Below are positions 8,733 to 18,418 of a stretch of 53,662 nt of DNA, in pieces. Source of the DNA: Candidatus Omnitrophota bacterium. GTDB taxonomy: Bacteria > Omnitrophota > Gorgyraeia > M55B152. A program made the translations under genes and the position numbers. The stretch lies in assembly GCA_018399975.1 (NCBI GenBank), contig JAGYNU010000001.1, positions 1 through 53,662 of the forward strand. The letters are read 5' to 3'. Position 1 is the first letter of the stretch; each line of letters opens with the position of its first letter. The notes under the pieces were generated by a model. That model had not been told where the DNA came from. It searched no databases and saw nothing but the letters and a program-made list of their open reading frames with translations.

Positions 8733-10496
8733 CTATACAAAGATTAATATAAAGAAAACCAAAAAACAAAAATATACAAATATATCCCCGTACTTTTGAT
8801 AAAATGTATCGATATCTACAATTTTTATACTTTCAGTATTATATCCGGATATAAATATTTCTTCTCCTGCATCAGATTTAACTTTACCATAAACTTCACC
8901 TATAGGAGATATATAACCTGAAATACCTGTATTGGCAACTCTTACTGCAGAAACTCTATTTTCAACTGCTCTAAAAACCAGAGCTTGTAAATGTTGGGAT
9001 ACCTCTCCTGATTTTTTATACCAGGAATCCTCGGAAATATTTACGATAAAATTAGAACCTTTTTTAATAAATTTCCTTACTAATCTTGGAAAAATATCTT
9101 CATAACAAATTAAAGTATTAAATTTATTCTCATTTAAATTAAAAATTGTAAATTTATCACCTGCAGTAAAATTACCAGATTCAAAAACGTCATAAACAAA
9201 TGGAAAATACTTGGCAAAAGGAAAATATTCTCCAAAAGGCACAAGATGAATTTTATCGTATCTTTCTTTTGTTTTCCCTGTTTTTGAAAAATAAACTGCA
9301 CTGTTATAAAATTTATTTGTTTCTATATCTTTCCAGGCAGCTCCCACAAGAATAGAAACTTTTATATCTACAGCACATTTTTCTATACTATCTTTCATCC
9401 AATGGTTTTCATCTATATAATCAGGTACAGATGTTTCAGGCCATACAATTAAATCTGGATTATCCAAAGATGCCATGTATGTTAAATTAAGATACTCATT
9501 CAATATGCTATATTTAAAATCCCCACCCCATTTTTCATCTGCTGGAAAATTACCTTGTACAACAGAAACTTTAAGCGAAGAGAAATCTCGCGAATTTAAA
9601 TAATCTATTCTATTTTGTCCATAAATTAAAACACCAACTATGCAAAAAACAGATAACAGAAAACAGATAACAGAAGAAAAAAAATCTTCTCCGAAGTTTG
9701 TCTTACGATTTCCGTACCCCAATATTAATTTAATAATATAAAATATAGATACATTAACAAAAACTATTAAAAATGATATTCCATAAACACCCGTTATATC
9801 TGCTATTTGAATCAAAGGCAAAATTTTATACTGAGAATAGCCTAAAAGGGCCCAGCTAAAACCTGTAAAAAGATAACTGCGAATAAATTCCAAAATAACC
9901 CAAAAACTAGATAGGAATAAAATACTTAGAAAAAGTGAAGTTCCGCGGTTTAACAGCCGTGTCATTTTTACATTTTCCGGCAAAATCCCTATCTTGCGGG
10001 CAGGCCCGCCGTGGCGGGCAGACAAACGTTGAATCATATATGCCACAAGGCGTTGACGGATACCCTTTTCGCATTTATCAACGTCTTTACAGACGTGTCT
10101 TTCTGCGAAGGCGGGTAAAAAAAAACCAAATCCAAAAATACCAAAATATATAGAAAGATAAAGAATAAGGAAAATACATCCTGAAACAGTAACAAAATTT
10201 ATCCAATAAATCGTTCCTGCCCAGAAAACAAAACCGAAAAGATAGGATAACCAAAATGTTTGCTTCCAATTTTTATTTTCAATGGCAAATAAAAATGGAA
10301 TAAAACTAACCCAAACAAACCAACTAATTTCTGAATTAGGAAAAGATAAAATAAGTAATATAGAACTTAATAATACTAAAAATATACTCACATTCATACC
10401 TAAGATTATATCATGTAATAGAAAAATAAAAAGGGCAGGATAAAAGAAAAGAAAATTAAGATAAGAAACGATCAACCATATTTTGGATAGCAACAA
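8733..10496 (-). CDS. lnt: apolipoprotein N-acyltransferase Lnt carrying an in-frame GC-rich insert
   Basis: Polytopic N-terminus with the EFIRSYLFTGFSWALLGYSQ motif, then a C-terminal nitrilase/CN-hydrolase domain (VVQGN, WPETS, LICYEDIFP). An alternative start at MNVSIF (10397) would avoid the overlap with secA. About 59 codons (roughly 9936-10116) come from a repeat element. Confidence 0.8.
   Translation of the reverse strand: MLLSKIWLIVSYLNFLFFYPALFIFLLHDIILGMNVSIFLVLLSSILLILSFPNSEISWFVWVSFIPFLFAIENKNWKQTFWLSYLFGFVFWAGTIYWINFVTVSGCIFLILYLSIYFGIFGFGFFLPAFAERHVCKDVDKCEKGIRQRLVAYMIQRLSARHGGPARKIGILPENVKMTRLLNRGTSLFLSILFLSSFWVILEFIRSYLFTGFSWALLGYSQYKILPLIQIADITGVYGISFLIVFVNVSIFYIIKLILGYGNRKTNFGEDFFSSVICFLLSVFCIVGVLIYGQNRIDYLNSRDFSSLKVSVVQGNFPADEKWGGDFKYSILNEYLNLTYMASLDNPDLIVWPETSVPDYIDENHWMKDSIEKCAVDIKVSILVGAAWKDIETNKFYNSAVYFSKTGKTKERYDKIHLVPFGEYFPFAKYFPFVYDVFESGNFTAGDKFTIFNLNENKFNTLICYEDIFPRLVRKFIKKGSNFIVNISEDSWYKKSGEVSQHLQALVFRAVENRVSAVRVANTGISGYISPIGEVYGKVKSDAGEEIFISGYNTESIKIVDIDTFYQKYGDIFVYFCFLVFFILIFV
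9936..10116. repeat. GC-rich modular hairpin element inserted in-frame in lnt
   Basis: About 180 nt at roughly 50% GC inside an approximately 25% GC gene. It shares TTCTGCGAAGGCGG with 20382-20395, AAATCCCT...GGGCAGG with 27855-27871, and a CCGCGG-containing hairpin module with 20362-20379. Confidence 0.7.
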
Positions 10497-13270
10497 TTCT
10501 TATACTTTTTTCCACTCCCGCAAGGGCAGGGATCATTACGACCAATCTTTCTTCCTTTTCGGCGATATGGTTTAGGTTTGCCTTCTTCCTTACCAGATTG
10601 AGTAAATACAGAAGGATTTTTTTGTGTATGGGATATTGCCTTATCCAAACCTGTCTTTTTCTCTCTAACTCTATCTGTAAGAGATTCAAATTCAGGATGA
10701 GTTTGATGCATATCAACAGATTCAAACACACCTTTTATAGGCCTTTCCTCAGCAGGTTTCATTTTAATCAATATTTCTGAAGTATCTTCTTTAATTTTAT
10801 CAGCCATATGGGTAAACATCATATATCCTTCATGTTGATATTCTACTAAAGGATCTCTCTGCCCATATGCCCTAAGCCCTATCCCTTCTCTTAAACTATC
10901 CATAGCATACAAATGGTCTTTCCATTTAGAATCTATCATATGAAGCATGACTACACGCGACATATAATCCATCCTATCCGAACCTATAGACTTTTTTCTA
11001 TCTTCATACATATTTGTTAGTTCAACATAAAGTAAATCTATTAATTTTTCAAAAGACGGTATATTATCTTTTATATCAAATCCCGTTTTTATTAAAATAC
11101 CTTCTATATCTATATAGAACTTATTCTTAAAATATTCAGAAAGACCATTAAAATCCCATTGATGAACATCAACTTCGGGATTTATATATGTCTCTACTCC
11201 AATATTAACTACATCATCTATTATTTCTTTAATATGGTCATCTATTTTTTCTTTTAATAAAATTTTTTTTCTTTCTTTGTATATTTCTTCACGCTGTCTA
11301 TTCATTACATTATCATATTCCAACAACTGTTTTCTTATCTGAAAATTCTGATTCTCTACCCTTTTTTGAGCAGTTTCAATAGCTTTAGTCACTAAAGGAT
11401 GTTTAATCTCCTGGCCCTCTTCAATGCCTAATCTATCATAAACCCTAGCAATTCTATCTGAACCAAATATTCTCAACAAATCGTCTTCCAACGATAGAAA
11501 AAATTGAGAGGAACCTGGATCCCCCTGTCTACCTGCTCTACCACGCAATTGATTATCTATACGTCTTGCTTCATGTCTTTCAGTACCAATTATATGGAGG
11601 CCCCCTAATTTTACCACTTCATTATGTTCCTCATCTGTTTTCTTTTTTACTTCATTAAATAATTTTTCATAATCATCTTTAGATATTTCATCAATATCTT
11701 TTTGCTCTATTTTAAAATTCTTTTTAACTAGAAACTCAGGATTTCCCCCTAACAAAATATCTGTACCTCTACCAGCCATGTTCGTAGCAATCGTTACAGC
11801 TTTATATCTTCCAGCCTGCGCTACTATATTAGCTTCTCTTTCGTGATACTTAGCATTTAAAACATTATGTTTAATACCTTTTTTATTTAATAATCCACTT
11901 AAAACTTCAGATTTCTCTATAGAAACTGTCCCTACAAGTATAGGCCTGCCTTCTTTATTTAATTTATCTATATTTTCAACTAAAGCACTAAATTTTTCTT
12001 TTTCTGTTTTATAAATGATATCAGGATAGTTTTTTCTTATTAAAGGTTCATTTGTAGGAACAACCAACACATCCAGATTATAAATTTTACTAAATTCTTC
12101 AGCTTCGGTAGCAGCTGTTCCTGTCATACCAGCTAATTTGTTATACATCTTAAAAAAGTTTTGAAATGTAATAGTAGCCAAAGTTTGGTTTTCTCTTTCT
12201 ATCTTAACATTTTCCTTAGCTTCTATAGCTTGATGCAACCCATCGCTCCATCTTCTACCTGGCATAAGTCTTCCAGTAAACTCATCGACAATTAGAACTT
12301 TACCATCTTTGATCATATAATCCTTATCTCTTTTAAATAATTCATGTGCCTTAAGAGCTTGATTAACATGATGCTTATAATCCATGGTTGACAAACTGTG
12401 TAAGGAATCTACTCCTAAAAGTTTAGCAGATTTTTCCTCCCCCTGTTCTGTTAAATATGCATTATGATGTTTTTCATCTACTATATAATCTCCTGTTTCT
12501 TCCTTAGTCATTTCATTTCTGTAACCTTTCTTTAACATGGCTATAATCTTATCAACTTTATAATATTTATCTGTAGATTCTTCAGCAGGCCCAGAAATAA
12601 TAAGAGGAGTTCTTGCTTCATCTATAAGTATACTATCAACTTCATCTAAAATAGCATAATTAAGCTCTCTTTGAACCATATGCTTTTTATGAACTGCCAT
12701 ATTGTCCCGTAGATAATCAAAACCAAATTCATTATTAGTTCCATAAACAATATCACTGTTATAAGCTTTTTTCCTTTCATCAGGCATCATATCATGCTGT
12801 ATTACTCCAACAGTTAATCCCAAAAATTCATATATTGGGCCCATCCATTCTCTATCCCTTCTGGCTAAATAATCATTAACTGTAATGATATGAACTCCTT
12901 TCCCTGTTAAAGCATTAAGATAAGCAGATAAAGTAGCTACTAAAGTTTTACCTTCCCCTGTTACCATTTCTGCAATCATTCCCCTATGTAATGCTATGCC
13001 CCCGATAAGCTGCACATCAAAATGTCGCATTCTAACAGTTCGTTTTGCTACTTCTCTTACTACAGCAAAACTTTCAACTAAAATATCATCTAAGGTATCT
13101 TTTTCTTTTAAACGGGATTTAAACTCTTCTGTCTTGGATTTCAATTGTTCATCTGATAAAGACTGAATTTTTTTTTCAAATTCATTTATTTCATTTACCA
13201 AAGGTTGCATCTTTTTTAACATCCTTTGATTTCTAGTTCCAATTATTTTTCTTAATATAAAATTAAACAT
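10472..13270 (-). CDS. secA: preprotein translocase ATPase SecA
   Basis: DEAD-like motor motifs (MVTGEGKTLVA, LDEVDSILIDEARTPLIISG, TNMAGRGTDI) and a C-terminal zinc motif CPCGSGKKYKNCC. Start chosen at MFNFILRKIIGTRN by analogy with the canonical N-terminus. Confidence 0.95.
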   Translation of the reverse strand: MFNFILRKIIGTRNQRMLKKMQPLVNEINEFEKKIQSLSDEQLKSKTEEFKSRLKEKDTLDDILVESFAVVREVAKRTVRMRHFDVQLIGGIALHRGMIAEMVTGEGKTLVATLSAYLNALTGKGVHIITVNDYLARRDREWMGPIYEFLGLTVGVIQHDMMPDERKKAYNSDIVYGTNNEFGFDYLRDNMAVHKKHMVQRELNYAILDEVDSILIDEARTPLIISGPAEESTDKYYKVDKIIAMLKKGYRNEMTKEETGDYIVDEKHHNAYLTEQGEEKSAKLLGVDSLHSLSTMDYKHHVNQALKAHELFKRDKDYMIKDGKVLIVDEFTGRLMPGRRWSDGLHQAIEAKENVKIERENQTLATITFQNFFKMYNKLAGMTGTAATEAEEFSKIYNLDVLVVPTNEPLIRKNYPDIIYKTEKEKFSALVENIDKLNKEGRPILVGTVSIEKSEVLSGLLNKKGIKHNVLNAKYHEREANIVAQAGRYKAVTIATNMAGRGTDILLGGNPEFLVKKNFKIEQKDIDEISKDDYEKLFNEVKKKTDEEHNEVVKLGGLHIIGTERHEARRIDNQLRGRAGRQGDPGSSQFFLSLEDDLLRIFGSDRIARVYDRLGIEEGQEIKHPLVTKAIETAQKRVENQNFQIRKQLLEYDNVMNRQREEIYKERKKILLKEKIDDHIKEIIDDVVNIGVETYINPEVDVHQWDFNGLSEYFKNKFYIDIEGILIKTGFDIKDNIPSFEKLIDLLYVELTNMYEDRKKSIGSDRMDYMSRVVMLHMIDSKWKDHLYAMDSLREGIGLRAYGQRDPLVEYQHEGYMMFTHMADKIKEDTSEILIKMKPAEERPIKGVFESVDMHQTHPEFESLTDRVREKKTGLDKAISHTQKNPSVFTQSGKEEGKPKPYRRKGRKIGRNDPCPCGSGKKYKNCCYPKYG

Positions 13271-13291
13271 AATTTGGTTAAATAGGAACAT

Positions 13292-13400
13292 CTACGAATA
13301 ACTAATCTATTACGAATTTACTAATGTAAAGTTAGCACGTTTTCATTTCCCTTTTTCCTCTCTTACTTATTCGTATATTCGTACAGGATTCGTAATTAGT
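13292..13400. repeat. array of TACGAAT / ATTCGTA heptamers (inverted arrangement) between prfB and secA
   Basis: TACGAAT at 13293 and 13311; ATTCGTA at 13369, 13377 and 13388; associated ACTAAT / ATTAGT hexamers. Confidence 0.65.
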
Positions 13401-13436
13401 AGATTACACCCTTTGAGCTTTCAGCTGTAAGCTAAT

Positions 13437-14535
13437 TCATTGTTCAGCTCGGTGTTTAAGCCATCCTTGGATAAATTTATCTATATCCCCATCCATAACT
13501 GCTTCTACATTTGCAGTTTCAACATTAGTTCTATGGTCTTTAACCATATTATACGGATGAAAAACATATGACCTTATTTGATTTCCCCAGGCTATTTCTT
13601 TTTTCTCTCCATGTTCTTTTTTTAATTTTTTTTCTCTTTTATCTTCCTCTAATTTAAATAATCTTGACTTTAAAACTTTTAAAGCCATATTACGGTTTTT
13701 ATGCTGCGACCTTTCATTTTGAGATTGAATGACTATCCCAGTAGGTAAATGTGTTATTCTTACAGCAGAGTCAGAAGTATTAACATGCTGACCTCCCGGG
13801 CCACTTGCTCTGAAAGTATCTATCCTCAAATCTTCATCTTTAATTTCAATTTCTATATTTTCTTCTATCTCAGGAATAACATCCACAGAAGCAAATGAAG
13901 TATGCCGCCTACTGTTAGAATCAAAAGGAGATATTCTAACTAATCGATGTATCCCTTTTTCAGCTTTAAGATAACCAAATACATAATCACCTTTTATTAT
14001 AAAAGTTACGCTCTTTATGCCTGCTTCTTCCCCCGGCTGCAAATCCAATGTTTGCATATTATAATTCTTGTCTTCAATCCATCTTGTATACATACGTAAA
14101 AGCATTTGAACCCAATCACATGCTTCAGTTCCACCTGCGCCCGAATGTATAGTCAGAATAGCATTATTTTTATCGTATTTACCACCCAGAAACTTATGAA
14201 ATTCAAACTTATTTACTTCACTAATAAACTTATCAATTTCTGATTGTAACTCTCTAACACTATCTTCATCATCTTCATCTATTAATTCAACTAATTCATA
14301 TAGAGATTTATAATCACTATACATTTTATCCCATTCCTGACAAATTATTTTAAGTTCCTTTAATTCTATAGTCAATTCGGTAGATTTAGTATCATTATTC
14401 CAAAAAGTAGGCTTTGACATTTGCTTTTCTATCTCACCTATTCGTTTTCTTTTTTTATCTAATTCAAAGATACCCCCTTAAATCATCTAATTTCGATTTA
14501 ACTAAATCTAACTTCTCAGCTAATTCCTCTAACAT
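13437..14535 (-). CDS. prfB: peptide chain release factor 2, expressed through a programmed +1 frameshift
   Basis: Frame 0 encodes MLEELAEKLDLVKSKLDDLRGYL then TGA (14535..14464). The +1 frame continues as ELDKKRKRIGEIEKQMSKPTFW... into the 327-aa ORF, which carries the SPF and GGQ motifs. Confidence 0.95.
14464..14479 (-). promoter_or_regulatory. prfB autoregulatory +1 frameshift site (AAGGGGG TAT CTT TGA)
   Basis: Read on the minus strand: an internal SD-like AGGGGG, a 3-nt spacer, the slippery CTT, and an in-frame TGA at 14466..14464. This is the canonical RF2 recoding arrangement. Confidence 0.9.
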
Positions 14536-14690
14536 CGTATCTCCTTATGATATCTTTATTTAAAATCAAAAACAACACTGTTGCCACAATAACATATATT
14601 GTCTTTTATGTCGAGTAAAAAAACTAAAAAAGGTAAGGTATAACTTATATTATAGGCAGGTAAAAAAAACTATAGATAAAACAAATATTA

Positions 14691-14933
14691 TTACCCTAAA
14701 AACTTATATATTGTAAACAAAATAAAAAAACCCAATAAAAAAGAAACTATTCCCAAAATTATTCTATGGGAAAACGCAGTATTATCCCATGTAACTAAAA
14801 GTTTATTAGCCCAATTATTCAATTTAATTAAGGTTTTTGGGAAAAACAAGGATAATAAACCAAAAATAATCAACAGGTACCCTGATAGAATTCCTAACTT
14901 CACTAAATCAAAAGTAATCTTTGTCACTTCCAT
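14691..14933 (-). CDS. small two-TM membrane protein, unknown function
   Basis: 80 aa with two hydrophobic helices. A good SD (GAGGAGG) lies 5 nt upstream of the ATG. Confidence 0.55.
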   Translation of the reverse strand: MEVTKITFDLVKLGILSGYLLIIFGLLSLFFPKTLIKLNNWANKLLVTWDNTAFSHRIILGIVSFLLGFFILFTIYKFLG

Positions 14934-15018
14934 AACTACCTCCTCTTTCTTCCTCTTTATAGAATGTCTTTAAATAATTATATTATGCCATAAATACATA
15001 ATATTTTTCAACAAAAAT

Positions 15019-15303
15019 TTAAAAAAATACATTCTCTTTTCGAAGAAGTTGCTTTTTCTTTTTTACACCCCTTGAATAACCCCCGATAGTCCCATCTGAC
15101 TTTATCACTCTATGGCAAGGAACAATGTCAAACCGAGAATTATTATTTAATGCTTGCCCTACAGCACGATAGGCCTTTGGTTTACCCATTTTTTCTGCTA
15201 CCCATTTATAACTTCTGGTTTCTCCTTTAGGTATAATTCGAACTATCTTATAAACTCCTTTCTGAAATGATGTTAAATTACTCCAAAAATTTTCATTTCT
15301 CAT
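15019..15303 (-). CDS. single-domain MGMT-family methylated-DNA--protein-cysteine methyltransferase
   Basis: 94 aa containing only the C-terminal DNA-binding and acceptor domain. The PCHRV active-site motif is intact (IVPCHRVIKSDGTIGGY). Confidence 0.8.
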   Translation of the reverse strand: MRNENFWSNLTSFQKGVYKIVRIIPKGETRSYKWVAEKMGKPKAYRAVGQALNNNSRFDIVPCHRVIKSDGTIGGYSRGVKKKKQLLRKENVFF

Positions 15304-15335
15304 ATTAAATTCCCTCTATCTTATATCCATTATTT

Positions 15336-16754
15336 TTATTTAAAAAAATCCTTAATTTTATCTGCTATATTTTCTGTTATATTATTTATCTTTAGCAAAT
15401 CATCTTTATCAGCTTTTTTAATCTTTTCGACACTACCAAAATATTTTAAAAGCTGTTTTTTCCTTTTTGGGCCAACGCCAGGAATATTATCCAATTCCGA
15501 ATGTTTTATAGATTTATTTATCATCGTACGATAATAGGTATTCGCAAATCTATGAGCTTCATCTCTAATGCTCTTAAAGAAATTTAAACATTCGCCTTCA
15601 AATCTATGTTTATAAAATTTGTTTTTATCTTTATGAAAAATATCATCAAACTTTTTCGCAATAGAAACTATATCTACACTTTTTATATTTAAATTCTCTA
15701 ATTCTTTTATAGCCACATTTAAATGCCCTTTACCTCCATCTATAATTATCAAATCAGGCAAATCTTTTTTTTCTTCTAAAACACGAGTATATCTTCTATG
15801 TAAAACCTCTTTCATCATCACGTAATCATCTCTAAGCTCTCCTGAAAAGCCATATTTTCTCTTAATTTTAAAACGCCTATATTCTTTTTTAAATGGTTTA
15901 CCTTTTCTGAAAGCTACCATAGAACCTACTGCTTTTTTGCCCGAAATATTTGCTATGTCAAAAGCTTCGACATAGTTAGGTAAATTTGACAATTTAAGTC
16001 TTTGCTTTAAATTATATAAAACCGCATGTATATCCGTTAAATCAGTTTCTTTTGATATTCTATTTAAAGCTTTCATTTTATCTCTAATATTTGCAGCTTC
16101 TTCGTATTTTTCTTCTTTTGATAAAAACAACATTTCTTTTTCCAATTCTTTGATAAGTTTACTTTTTTCTCCTTGCAAAAACAACTTAACTTTATCTATT
16201 AATTTTGAATATTCAGTAGGACTAATTTTACCTTCACACGGAGCTGGACATAAACCAAGTCTATAATCCAAACAAGCTTTTTTGGGTAATCTACGACATA
16301 CTCTATAAGGAATTGTTTTTCTAATGTAACTTAAACCTTCTTTTAAAAGTTTTGCACTCGTAAAAGGTCCTAAAATCAAAGATTGCTTATTTTTATTCCT
16401 CGTAATATGAACTCTAGGAAATTCCTCATTAGTTATCTCTACCACAGGATAACTTTTATCATCTCTATACATAACATTATATTTAGGTTTTTCCTGTTTT
16501 ATGAGTTTATTCTCAACCATTAAAGCTTCAGCCTCATTAGAAGTAACTATATAATCTATAATATCTATCTCTTTACCCAAATTTTTTCTTTTTACAGATG
16601 ATATGCTTCTGCTGAAATAAGAATTAACACGTTTTCTTAAACAGTTAGCTTTACCTACATATAATATACTACCATTGTAAGATTTAAATATGTAAACTCC
16701 TGGGATATCTGGTAATTTAGATAATTGTTTTTTTATACTTAGTTTCATTTTCAT
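15336..16754 (-). CDS. uvrC: excinuclease ABC subunit C (compact form)
   Basis: GIY-YIG N-terminus (PGVYIFK...LYVGKA), a UVR motif (YEEAANIRDKMKAL), an RNase H-like endonuclease domain and a C-terminal (HhH)2 (IPGVGPKRKKQLLKYFGS). Confidence 0.85.
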   Translation of the reverse strand: MKMKLSIKKQLSKLPDIPGVYIFKSYNGSILYVGKANCLRKRVNSYFSRSISSVKRKNLGKEIDIIDYIVTSNEAEALMVENKLIKQEKPKYNVMYRDDKSYPVVEITNEEFPRVHITRNKNKQSLILGPFTSAKLLKEGLSYIRKTIPYRVCRRLPKKACLDYRLGLCPAPCEGKISPTEYSKLIDKVKLFLQGEKSKLIKELEKEMLFLSKEEKYEEAANIRDKMKALNRISKETDLTDIHAVLYNLKQRLKLSNLPNYVEAFDIANISGKKAVGSMVAFRKGKPFKKEYRRFKIKRKYGFSGELRDDYVMMKEVLHRRYTRVLEEKKDLPDLIIIDGGKGHLNVAIKELENLNIKSVDIVSIAKKFDDIFHKDKNKFYKHRFEGECLNFFKSIRDEAHRFANTYYRTMINKSIKHSELDNIPGVGPKRKKQLLKYFGSVEKIKKADKDDLLKINNITENIADKIKDFFK

Positions 16755-18328
16755 TTTCTTATTTTATTCAAAAAAAACTTCACAATCCTTTTAGCTTCCA
16801 CCATATTCATTAAACTTCCAATCAGCAAATATACAAAAATACCTAAAATTACAGTTAATAAAATACCTGCACACTCCTTTATAAATCCTAATCCTATAAA
16901 AACCATATAAAGCTTATAAAAAAATATATAGCAAGAAATACCCATAATTATAGAAGCAAACAATGATTTTAAAAAGACTATGAAAACTTCTTTTTCGTAA
17001 ATTTCCCCAATTTTCCTCCTCAATATATAATATAATAATAGAAAATTAATAGTAGCTGATATAGAAGTAGCTAAAGCCAACCCTCCTATCTTTAAAGGAT
17101 ACATCAATATAATGTTCAATATTATATTTATTACTACAGAAAAACTTGCTACTTTAACCGGAGTAAGTGTATCTTTAAGAGAATAAAAAGAAGAAACCAA
17201 TATTTTTATACCAGCATACGAAAAAAGGCCAAAGGCATAAAAAAGCAAAGTATATGATGTGATATATGTAGAATAACTATCAAAGTTACCACGTTGAAAT
17301 AAAATCTTTATAACTGGCTCTCTTAAAATAACTAAACCTATGGCTGATGGGACTGTAATAAAAAATATATTTTTTAAAGATAAACTTAATGTTTTCTTAA
17401 AATCATATAAATTTTTTTCTAAAGACTGCCGCGAAAATGTGGGTAATACAGCTTGAGCTAATGCAATCCCAAAAATAGCTAAAGGAAATTGAATTAAACG
17501 ATTAGAATAGTATAAAGCTGCTACCCCACCTTTTCCTACTATATAAGCTAAAGAAGCCAACATAGTATCAACAAGAACATTTATATGATATACTCCTGCT
17601 CCCATTAATCTTGGAATAAATAATTTGCCTATTTTTTTTATGGCAGGATGGACAAAAAACATTTTTTTAGAATATCTAAATCCATATTGATACAAGCTAG
17701 GGATTTGCATAATCAATTGTCCAACTCCTGCTATCAATACCCCAATAGCTAAAGAATAAATTCCAAAGCCAAAAGAGAAATATAAAATAGTTACAGAAAC
17801 AATAAACAATAAATTAAAAATAACTTGAGAAAAAGCAGGAATTTTAAAATAGCGGAAGGAATTTAAAATACCAATAGAAATTGAAGTCAAACCTATAAAA
17901 AATATATAAGGGAAAATAATTCTTGTTAATTTAATAGTTAAATAAAACTTATCCGCATCATTTATAAAACCAGGGGCTATAACCCGAACTATAAAAGGAG
18001 CTAATATAATTCCAATACCACTGATAACTATTAAAACCAATAAGAATATATTTATTAAATTACCAGCCAAACTCCAAAATTCATCTTTATCATATTTAGT
18101 AATATATTCACTTAAAATCGGGACAACAACCGAATTAGTAGTACCTTCACCAACTACAGACCTTAATATATTAGGAATTCTAAAAGCTACTATAAAAGCT
18201 TGAGCATAAAATCCAGTCCCAAATAAAGCAGCAATAATAATATCCCGCACAAAACCTAATATTCTACTTAAAAAAGTAGCAAACCCTATCATACCTGCAG
18301 ACTTAGCGACTGATTCATTTTGTTCCAT
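16751..18328 (-). CDS. murJ: lipid II flippase MurJ (MviN family)
   Basis: About 14 TM helices with the N-terminal motif SRILGFVRDIIIAALFG. Start at MEQNES is preceded by AGAGGGGA; the track ORF extends 18 codons further upstream. Confidence 0.85.
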   Translation of the reverse strand: MEQNESVAKSAGMIGFATFLSRILGFVRDIIIAALFGTGFYAQAFIVAFRIPNILRSVVGEGTTNSVVVPILSEYITKYDKDEFWSLAGNLINIFLLVLIVISGIGIILAPFIVRVIAPGFINDADKFYLTIKLTRIIFPYIFFIGLTSISIGILNSFRYFKIPAFSQVIFNLLFIVSVTILYFSFGFGIYSLAIGVLIAGVGQLIMQIPSLYQYGFRYSKKMFFVHPAIKKIGKLFIPRLMGAGVYHINVLVDTMLASLAYIVGKGGVAALYYSNRLIQFPLAIFGIALAQAVLPTFSRQSLEKNLYDFKKTLSLSLKNIFFITVPSAIGLVILREPVIKILFQRGNFDSYSTYITSYTLLFYAFGLFSYAGIKILVSSFYSLKDTLTPVKVASFSVVINIILNIILMYPLKIGGLALATSISATINFLLLYYILRRKIGEIYEKEVFIVFLKSLFASIIMGISCYIFFYKLYMVFIGLGFIKECAGILLTVILGIFVYLLIGSLMNMVEAKRIVKFFLNKIRK

Positions 18329-18418
18329 TTGACATCCCCTCTTTGTCTGTGCTATTATATGATAAGTTTTTGATAGTGGCAAATAAAATGAAGATTAAAA
18401 TTACAAGGGGGTTTAAAA

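Noticed and set aside
9935-10269. ORFs 9935-10153 (+) and 10087-10269 (-) overlapping the lnt insert.
   Set aside because: Both lie inside the lnt reading frame, which continues uninterrupted. The sequences are Arg-rich or hydrophobic shadow translations.
10456-10731. Minus-strand 91-aa ORF overlapping the 3' end of secA.
   Set aside because: It is an alternative frame of the well-conserved SecA C-terminus, with no independent support.
13411-13432. Short words shared between spacers: CTTTGAGCT (reverse complement AGCTCAAAG at 36645) and GCTGTAAGCT (also at 36194).
   Set aside because: Matches of 9-10 nt are near chance expectation for about 107 kb of two-strand sequence, and there is no extended alignment around them.
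14571-14586. Sigma-54-like element TGGCAACAGTGTTGTT (minus strand) about 40 nt upstream of prfB.
   Set aside because: The -12 element reads TTGT instead of the essentially invariant TTGC. A housekeeping release-factor gene is also an unlikely sigma-54 target.
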